Shown piece by piece: positions 52,279 to 64,000 of a stretch of 64,000 bases of DNA. Made by a program: the position numbers and the translations under genes. The stretch lies in NCBI RefSeq assembly GCF_009914755.1, contig NC_060925.1. One strand, written 5' to 3'. Source of the DNA: the human T2T-CHM13v2.0 reference genome, Homo sapiens. The number at the start of each line of letters is the position of its first letter. The first letter of the stretch is position 1. The notes below the pieces were generated by a model. It was not told where the DNA came from. It made no database searches and saw nothing but the letters and a program-made list of their open reading frames with translations.

Positions 52279-53344
52279 ACTGGTAGTATTTAACATTGGG
52301 GTTGAGGCTGTCTCACAGTTGGTGCAACTCCAGTTTAAAATTCATCTGGGAACGAGAATGTTGAGTAATGGAGGGTGATTTAAAAAACAACAACAACAAC
52401 AAAAAAAAAAACACTTGGCTTGGCTGGACCAGAGAGTGTGTGATTCTGGGATTTCTGTGCTGTTGATGAGGTTTGTCTTGCCCCTTTTGCTCTCTCTGCC
52501 TTGCTAGAGTGACAGAATCTGAGGCAGCAAAGGCCAGGTTTGGGGAGAGTCAACTTTGAAACTCACAAATTTTAGACTTGGAAGAGACATTGGATGCTGC
52601 CACTAATCATTATAGAGTCCACTGTGTAGTCTCCCAAGTTGGAAATCCCAGGCTCAGCCACCTGCAGCAGAACAAACCCATTTAAATGGCTACTTAACAC
52701 TGTGGAAGAGAGTAAGGCAGTAGAGTGAGAAGCAAGAAAAACAGCCAAATTGTTGACTGTGAGTTAACTCAGATTGAAATCCATTTTGACCAGAATTATT
52801 CAAGAACTTAACAGGGTTTTGGCAAAATTACTGTAGTTCTTATTCTGACTAGGCTCTTGTAGGACTCTACCTTCTTTCCTATCTGTTTGGTGGAATTAGC
52901 TAAGTTTATGGATTATTTCGCATGGCTATAATCTATTGCAATATGCTGTAAAAGGAGGGAGAGATGTGTACTTGAACTGACAATTGGCCAAATTTCTCTC
53001 TGGGAATGATGTTCCTGATGCTGATCTGTTTGGTAATACCCTCCCCGGGCCGCCCCCCGATTCATGGTCTTTCCTCATAAACTGCATTTCTTGTGAGCTG
53101 TAAGAGGTCTACCTAAGGCCTAGCACAGGATGGGGCTAGAATCTAACAAACTCACTCCGATGATACTTGGTTGCTCGGTTCACATGGGAATGCTCTTTGG
53201 ACTCAGCTGCAGAGGTCTTTTGCTCAGGTGCTGCAGAGCCGGATGGAAGAGACATTAGTGGTAGAGTAGTGGATTCTGACTACAGAAAGTTTCCCAGGTT
53301 TTCAGAAGGTTCTGACCTGCATGATGATGACACATTTTGAATAG

Positions 53345-54222
53345 GTGCTTTATTAGTTACAGATAAACAAATTACTGCAAACTTAATGGTTTAAAGCAAC
53401 ACCTATTTATTTCAGAGCTTACAGGTTAGGAGTTCAGGCACCATTTCATTGAGTCCTCTGCTTCACAGTTTCTCTGAAACCCTGGAAGGCTGAAATCAAG
53501 TTATTGGTCAGGGCTGTTCTTATCTGAAGGCCTGAGTGGGGAAGGATCTGCTTCCAAGCTCACTTAAATTGTTAGCAGAATTTCTTTTCTTTCCTTTCTT
53601 TTTTTTTGAGACAGAGTCTCGCTGTATTGCCAGGCCTGAGTACAGTGGCTCAATCTCAGCTTACCGCAACCTCCGCCTCCTGGTTCAAGTGATTCTCCTG
53701 CCTCAGCCTCCTCAGTAGCTGAGATTACAGGCGCACGCCACCATGCCCAGCTAATTTTTTTATTTTTAGTAGAGACAGGGTTTCACCATGTTGGCCAGGA
53801 GGGTCTCTATCTCTTGACCTCATGATCCACCTGCCTCAGCCTCCCACAGTGCTGGCGTTTGAGCCACCATACCTGGCCTGTTGGCAGAATTTCAATTCCA
53901 CAAGGGTTGCTGGCTTCCGGGGTTCCACTAGCTGACTGTTGGCTGGAGGTTGCCCTCACTTCCTTGCCACACGAGCCTCTATAACATGGCAGCTTTCTTA
54001 AGCAAAGTAAACAAGGATTAGAGTCTGCTAGCCAGATGGAAGTTACAGTCTCATGTAGTCTGATCACAGAAGTGACATTTCATCACCTTTGCCGTAATCT
54101 TTTGGTTGGAAGCAAGTCACTAGGCTAGCCCATATTCAAGGGAGGGAGTTATACAAAGGCATGTATACCAGAAGGCAGACATCATTGAATCATTGAACAG
54201 ATCCTAGAATCTATCTGCCACA
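53345..54222. mobile_element. MLT1-like MaLR LTR interrupted by a reverse Alu (53582-53878)
   Basis: AACAAATTACTGCAAACTTAATGGTTTAAAGCAAC...GGATCTGCTTCCAAGCTCACT...TATCTGCCACA; Alu flanked by TGTTRGCAGAATTTC. Confidence 0.7.
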
Positions 54223-55587
54223 GTGCTCAGTTGAGAAGAAGAAAGGAAAATTCTAGGTAAAAAAGGCAATATTACTAAGTGGTTAAGTGTGATGATGTCA
54301 AAGTCACAGATCTGCACTTGACTGTCAACTCTGACAAGACAGCCTCCCAGCTGGCATCCCTGCTTCCCCCTCTGTCCCCTCTCCAATCCATTCTGCATGC
54401 AGTCATCAGCTTGATCATTTGAAAATGCCAAATCTCCCTCACTCTTGACATTTCCTAACCTAAAGAGTGGGAGAGTAGTGATTGAAAAGAGAGAAACTGC
54501 CTTCTGTTCAGTAAGATGTACTCCCTGCACTGACCACCAAGGGGTGTCATTGCTCTTTCCTGGTTAAGCCAGTTACCACACTTGGGAAGGGCTAGTGGCA
54601 ATGTGAGGTGATTTGGGGCACCTCAGAATGGGAAACTAGGACCCAGTGATTATATACAGTAATCACTTTTCATTTACCCATCCATCTGTTCACCTGATAA
54701 TTTCATTAGTGTTAAGTGCCTTCTAGGTTCCAGGTTCTGGTGAATAATGGAGCTGAATAAGAAATCACAATTTCCAGGGAGCTCACAGTATAGTAGGGAA
54801 GGAAACAAGTTAACAATTACAAGATGCTCTAAGAAGGGGTGTGATAGAGGTACGCATGGAATACTATGGAGCTCCGGGGAGGGGTTCCTTACTGAGCTTG
54901 GAGAATTTGGGAAGACACTTGGAGGAGCTGATGCCTGCTTGGTGTTGAAAACCATACAAGTTAGAACTTTCTGGAGGCTCCAATTGCCCTTTCATAGGAA
55001 GTTTGTCTTTTGGGGGTTGGGGTAGGGTTCATTTTTGGATGGAGTTTATTTGTGAATGAAGAAAGTGACAACCATTTAAGCCATATCAACCAAAGCAGTC
55101 CTGGCAATGAGGAGGGGTGGAGTGAGATATGTCCTGGCTAGAAAATCCTTGTGTTTAAAAGCTAGGAGATAGTTGAAGACAGGGAGGAAAAAACATTCCA
55201 GACAAAAAATAACATGGAAGGGACATTGACCAGAATTGACACGACATTTGGGGAATCGCAGCCAGTTAAACAGGAGAATATGGACTGGGGAATATGAGAG
55301 AAGAACTAATGGAAGGATTTGGGGAGGCTGGTAATATTGGCAGCAGAGTTTGGGTAGAGGGAAGACAGGAGATTCCATCCCTAATCAAGGCAAGGGATGA
55401 TGGGAGTCTGAATTAAGCAGTAGTAGAATGAGAGGGCCTGTATTTCACCAATTACAAGGTGTACTTCCCCCCCCCCCCCCCCCACATTTTGGTGTCTGTC
55501 AAACTTGGACACTTCTAAAAGTCAATGGCATGTCACAGTTTAAGTGGCATTTTTTCTTTCTTAGAGCTACATAAAAGAATCATAACA

Positions 55588-55963
<376 letters not shown>

Positions 55964-56588
55964 TCAGAGGGATTAGAGGAAAGACTCTTAGATGATGCTT
56001 GAATTTCTGGCTTGAGTGTCTGCATTGAATAGTGGGGATCCCCTCAACAAAATTTTCAGGAGGAGGAGGATATCCCTGTTATTTTCCAGAATAATCAGTG
56101 ATACTCTGTGATATTGATAATCTACCTTGTTGGCCCTTACCAAATTACTGGGTGTGAGTAACAGCTGACTGTAGCTCCCTTTCTCTACCCTAGTGCTCTG
56201 GAAGGAGGAAAGGAGAGCTGGCTTGTATCTTACTTTCTCAAGTTATCAGTCCACAAACATGAAGAGTATTAGTGTTACAGATACAAAGATGATAACTACT
56301 GTCTTATGAGCCTTTATTCTGCTAAGTGTATCCATTATCTCTTTTAATCTTCACACAACCCACCATCAATGAGGTATATAGTATTCTTATGTTACACAGC
56401 AGGAACATCTCAGAGATTCTGAAACTGGCCCGTGGTTATACAGATGGGAAGTGGTAGAGGTCAGATTCAGACACAGTCCTGTTTGAGTCTGACCATAACC
56501 TTAATCCTGTTTGGGCCAATTAAGACAGTCGTAAAAGATCTCAGTATAGAGCTATAAAGAAGTTAAATCACAAAAGTGATAAAGTAAG

Positions 56589-56835
56589 TTTTTTTTTGTT
56601 TGTTTGTTTTTTTGAGACAGTCTCACTGTGTTACTCAGGCTGGAGAGCAGTAGCTCAGTCATAGCCCACTGCAGCCTTGAACTCCTGGGCTCAAGCGATC
56701 CTCCTGCCTTAGCCTCCCAAGTAGCCAGGACTACAGATATACACCAACATGTCCAGCTAATTAAACATTTTTTTTTTTGTAGAGATGAAGACTCACCATG
56801 TTGCCCAGGCTAGTCCCAAATTCCTGGCCTCAAGC
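56589..56835 (-). mobile_element. Truncated AluJ
   Basis: Reverse Alu, incomplete. Confidence 0.8.
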
Positions 56836-57199
56836 AGAATAAGATGTTTATATGAGATACTATTGGAGTAGTTCACTTGAGCATTTAGTGATAGGTATGT
56901 AGAGGATGTATATCAAGGTATAGAGAAGTAACTTATTTAAGGTCATACAACCTATAAACAATTGAGCTCATATCTCTGGCATTAAAGCCTGGATATAGAA
57001 CCCCCATCAGAAGATAGGGTTCATTTGTTCCTTTAAGGAGCTGGAGCTTGGGAGGAAGGAGCTACAATGTGCCTGGAAAAATTTCATTTCTGTAGTCTTA
57101 AACAGCATTTGATTCAGTGGAGCAGTCTGTACTTGAAAGCTTTTTTCTTCATTTTGATTTGTAATATTATCATCTACTGCTTTTCTCTACTTCACTGAC

Positions 57200-58555
<1,356 letters not shown>

Positions 58556-58558
58556 AGT

Positions 58559-59335
<777 letters not shown>

Positions 59336-59927
59336 ACATACATACATTTTATCTAACCCAACATATCCAAACTATTAGCATTTCAACAAATTACTAAAAG
59401 AAATTATTTTACATTCTTTTTTAAACTAAGCATTCAAACTTTGGTATGTACTTTATACTTACAGCACGTCTCAATTCAGACTAGCCACCTTTCAAGTGCT
59501 CAGTAGCCACATGTGGCTGCTGGCTACCATATTAGCACAAGTGTAAGTAGCCTAACTTACTGTTCCTGTTCTGTACTTCCTGTGAGATCCAGAATGAGGG
59601 AAGCTAGAAACTTCTGTTAGGGGGGTATCTTTCTCAGCTACCCTGCTTCCTTCCCCTCTCCTGAAGGAAACTTTGGGGATGTCCAGGTTAATAGATGTAT
59701 GATCATATCCTTAGATTAATAATGCTAATAATTGAGCTTCTACTCTCTGTCAAGCATATAATCTCATTTAATTCTGACAACAATCCCATTTTACAGATTA
59801 GGAAACAGGTTCAGAAAAAGTAACTTGTTCATGTTTATACATCTGGTAAGTGTTAACGCTGGAATGTAAACTTGGTTTAAAGGTAAGCTGGTATAATCAT
59901 TACGCTACAATTTTTAACTTGCCACTC

Positions 59928-60228
59928 TTTTTTTTTTTTTTTCTGAGATGGAGTCTAGCTTTGTCACCCAGGCTGGAGTGCAGTGGTGCAATCTCGGCTC
60001 ACTGCAGCCTCCGCCTCCCAGGTTCAAGCATTCTCCTGCCTCAGCCTCCCGAGTAGCTGGATCTACAGGCACGCACTGCCACACCCGGCCAATTTTTTTT
60101 TTGTATTTTTAGTAGAGACAGGGTTTCACCATGTTGGCTAGGATGGTCTTGATCTCCTGACCTCGTGATCTGCCTGCCTTGGCCTCCCAAAGTGCTGGGA
60201 TTACAGGTGTGAGCTACCATGCCTGGCT
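59928..60228 (-). mobile_element. Alu (Sc-like)
   Basis: Reverse dimer; TTGCCACT flanks. Confidence 0.9.
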
Positions 60229-61099
60229 AATTTGCCACTTTAATGGGCCACATGGCAGGGAGCAATGAAGAGAAACACGTGGATGGTCAAAGGAAGCTGG
60301 CCTGACTCAGGCTGGGGCGTGTAGCAAACCTTTTGTTGCCTCCGCCCGGTTTCTCACACACCCTAGGTCTGACTTTGGTATCACTGTTTTCAGGTCTCAG
60401 CTCCACTAATTATTAATGGTGTGTTCTTCAGTAGAATCAGCTGTCTGATCCCCTACTTCCTCTTCTGTAGGATGGGAATGCTAACACTAACCTCAGGTTA
60501 GCTGAGAAGTTCCAGTGACATGATGAGAATGTCTGTACAACATGTAGCCCAGTACTTGCTGTGTGGTGTTCTCAGAACATGCTTGGTCTTAAACTCCTCT
60601 TTCCCGGGCTGGCTGCAAGGAGAGGCAAAGTGTCACTTGACCTTCTAGCTCCCTTGCCCTTTTATATTCTCCTGTGGGGTCCTCACAGTGATCCCTGCTC
60701 CAGTGTCGCTTCCGGTGGACTGGTGAGGATGGGGCACTATCTGAGAACCCATGCCTGAAATCCTTACCCAATACCAAAAAGTTTCTTTCTGTAGCACTTT
60801 GTCAGCCCAGCTGCCAAAGATAGTCACCTCTGAGATGCTCTTATCCCCTCCCTCTCGCTGCTCTCACCCGTGGGAGTCCATCTCACATGGGCTCCTGAGG
60901 GGGCTCCTTCTTCCCATCCCATCTGTTGCTCACCTGCCTCCTGCCCTGCGGGATTGCAGATCCTTCCTCCACAATGCCTGCCAGGTTAGTCTTCCTGAAA
61001 CAACCTGACCATGTCACCTTCCTACTGAAAAACTTTTCTTCAGGAATTGAATCCAAATTCCTTAGCTTGTCATTCATCCAAATAGTATTCCTATGTGCC

Positions 61100-62150
61100 T
61101 ATGCCCTTCCTATAGGCACAGCGAACAGTAGCGAAGCAAACGTACAAGCAGCCCTGCCCGCGTGGAGCTTACCTCTAGGGGCCCAGGAGAGGCTGGGCCC
61201 AGCATCCCGGCACAGCCTCGCCTCCCCAGCGCATTTCCCGCCCCACTCCGGGCCCACGCGCCTGGGCCCGCCGTCTCCACCATGAAGCCTTCCCAGCCTG
61301 GCCCAGGTAGAGGAGACGTCCCCTTCCCTGGGACTCCTCCATTCCCCACCGCCCCCACTACAAGACCTGGGCTCCCCTGGAAACTGAGGCCCTTCTCCCC
61401 GACTACAGACCCGCAACCCCTCCCCTGCTCTGAGGATTGTGAGCTAAGAGCTAGGGTGGGAGTGAGAGGCGCTCCTCGCTAGGGCTGGCCCCCTCCACCG
61501 CACAGGAAACGGGGCAGGAGGGCGGACCCCCATCTCATGTAGGAATGCCGTGTCCCCAGGGTGAGCCCTCAGGTGAGCCTCCGCGGCCGCGTGGAAGGGG
61601 CGAGAAGGGCGCTGCCCGGGTGCTGTCGGCGACCAGCCCGGCTCCATCTTCCCGATGTGGTCGCGGCTGAAGCCGGGCCTGGGCATTCTCGGGACAGCCA
61701 GAGTGGGCCAGGGGACCACGTCCCATCCCCAGAGGCCGGCCCTCCGTCGGAGGGTTTCCAGCCTCCAGGAAAGGAGCGGGGGCTGGGAGGGGAGGGGGTC
61801 TGTAACTGGCATGAGCGGCGTCGTCGCCGTGCCTGTGCCACGCGTGTCGCCGGCTGGAGAGCTCCGCCTGGATGGTTTCACTCCGCGGAGGCGCCGCCCC
61901 GCCACTCAGTTAGAAACCTCAGAGCCATATTCAACTCTCGTCTCCTCTGCAGCACCACTGCCACAGCCCTGCTTTTCTCCTCACGTCCACCCTCCTCGCC
62001 CCCACCCCCGTCTCCTGGCCGGTTTCCTTTTCTGCAGTTTGCCGCCTCCAAGCCGCCCTGCGCTTCCTGCCCGTGTCTGACAAAGACTCTGCTCCCTTAC
62101 TGAACACCACAGTGCCCGCCACGGGCTGCCACTCAAGGTCACATCCGCAC
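61100..62150. promoter_or_regulatory. Second CpG island, probable promoter with non-coding first exons (neighbouring gene recalled as TMEM269, not verifiable here)
   Basis: CpG-rich and repeat-free; + strand donors at 61561 and 61573, - strand donor at 61172. Confidence 0.75.
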
Positions 62151-63808
62151 GACCACCCCCTGCAGCCTACCTGCCAGTGTCATCTCTGGTCACCCCTCCC
62201 TCCCAGGATCCATCTCCTCATCGTGCTTCCGCACCTGCGGTTCATTCCCTGGGCCAAGAATGTCCCTCCTAATTCTTTGTTCATCCTTAGAGACCCTGAT
62301 AAATGTCACCACAGGAGTGGAACCTTCCCCTGCCCCACCCCAGACTTAGTCTCTCCACAACAGCTTGCACATCCCCTTGTCCAACATTACACTTGTCCCT
62401 ACACACAGCTGCCTCCTCTACCAGACTCTGAGCTGCTGGAGTGTGCGGCCTGGCTCTTGTTCTCCTCATCCCCCACCCCACACACAAGGCCCGGCACAGA
62501 GCAGCCATTGGCAATAAATAAACCGCATTTTAAAAAATGAGTAAGTGGAAGACCATAAGAACTGGGTAGTTGCTGGGTATGCGGAAGGGGCTGGACTGTT
62601 GAGCGTTCATCTGAGGCTTCTTGGAGGCCACACTGGGCAGGGTTAGATGGAAGGTCAATAGATTTGGTGCAGCGAGAGGACCTCAGGGAAGCACCAGAGT
62701 GACCTGTGATGTTAATTTAACAAACACAGAACAACTTCTATTGTCAGGCCTCATACTGGGTACAGGGACCTCGGCCAGCACTCAAATTGCATTCCCTGTA
62801 GGAAAGCCAGTGTAGGCGGTGCCCAAACAGAGTGCCAAGTGTCACATGGTAAGCACAAGAAGACAAGACCATACAGATGAGGGGCACCTAACGTGCTCAG
62901 GGGTGATGTCAGAGGGGCTTCCCAAAGAGGAGCACCACCCAACCCAAGTCCAAAGGGAGGTTCTGAGAAGGGTGGGGAGGACTGAGAGGAAGCTGGGAGA
63001 GCTGAGCAGAGCTGGCATACCAAACGCAGGAGTTGGACTCCATCCTGAGGGCATTCAAGAAGCTGGGGAGTGACCAGATCACCTGCAGTCTCGTGCTGTG
63101 CCAAGCCTCAGCCCTCGCCCCTCCTGGGAGCCTTCTCACCCCGTGGCAGGCTGAGCCCCTTTTCGGTGCTCCATTAGTAGCCCGGTCGCCTCTTTTCTGT
63201 GCAGGGTTAGGTACTGTGGCTAAACTGTGTCCTTTGGTCTTAATCTTCTCTGTGTCCCAAGCACCAGGCACCACATCTTGCCCCTGGCCAAACATTTGCT
63301 GAATGAGTGGGTGGTTCCTTATTTCTGTTGTCCTCTACAGCCCTTACTCTCAATTCCACATCCTTTCACACCTGGGACCTGTGCATTCTGCTGCAAACAG
63401 CATTTAACTGGGAAAGAGGAGACTCAAATCAAATCCTGGCTCCACCATTTACTGGACAAGTCACATAACTCTCCTGAAACCTCAGTTTCCCCATCTGTAA
63501 GATAAGGTACCACTATGAATAGGGTCTAAGTCTCTACATGTATGCAAGAGACTCATTTCCTTGGATAGGTTGTAAACTCTGTGATGGTAGGGACCAAGGT
63601 TTCTACCAGCACCCAGCTCAGGCACAGCATATAACCAATACAATGTTCAGTCCTCTTGGTTGGTAGACAGCAGAGCACAGGGGAAAGAACACTTAAGGCA
63701 AAATTGTAACTTTTGTTCTGCCACTTCTGGTGTGACCTTGAGCTAGGTTCTTCCCATCTCTGAGTCTTCCTTGCTTTACCTGGAAAGTAGGGACAAGAAC
63801 CCTTGCCT

Positions 63809-64000
63809 GGCCGGGCGCGGTGGCTCACGCCTGTAATCCCAGCACTTTGGGAGGCCGAGGCGGGTGGATCATGAGGTCAGGAGATCGAGACCATCCTGGC
63901 TAACAAGGTGAAACCCCGTCTCTACTAAAAATACAAAAAATTAGCCGGGCGCGGTGGCGGGCGCCTGTAGTCCCAGCTACTGGGGAGGCTGAGGCAGGAG
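63809..64000 (+). mobile_element. Young AluY (Yb8/Yb9-type), cut off by the window edge
   Basis: Intact CpGs; diagnostic-looking GGTGGATCATGAGG, CTAACAAGGTG, GGGCGCGGTGGCGG, CTACTGGGGAGG. Confidence 0.88.

Noticed and set aside
61444-62540. Overlapping 140-180 aa ORFs in the second CpG island
   Set aside because: GC-driven, mostly non-ATG starts, no protein family resemblance

Overview
Human genomic DNA, Alu-rich, recognisable from its translated exons as the CLDN19-P3H1(LEPRE1)-C1orf50 locus (recalled as chr1p34.2). It holds three complete protein-coding genes whose exons I placed at GT-AG boundaries. CLDN19 (- strand, 5 exons) gives 224 or 211 aa. P3H1 (- strand, 15 exons) gives 736 aa ending in KDEL. 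C1orf50 (+ strand, 5 exons) gives 199 aa. P3H1 and C1orf50 share a bidirectional CpG-island promoter. A second CpG island at ~61.1-62.15 kb has outward-facing splice donors on both strands. Repeats include about 45 Alus (one very young AluYb8/9 type), old L1/L2/MIR/MER/MLT fragments, and a 5'-truncated SVA nested in a THE1A-like solo LTR in P3H1 intron 10. I found no convincing new gene system. The best leads are regulatory or RNA-level: a duplicated nuclear-receptor DR3 element and a UGCAUG cluster in CLDN19 intron 1, splice switches that toggle C-terminal targeting motifs (P3H1 KDEL, CLDN19 PDZ YV), a stop-inserting NAGNAG acceptor, an inverted-Alu 3'UTR, and young retrotransposons. Repeat boundaries are approximate and subfamily calls come from recalled consensus sequences, not an alignment run.
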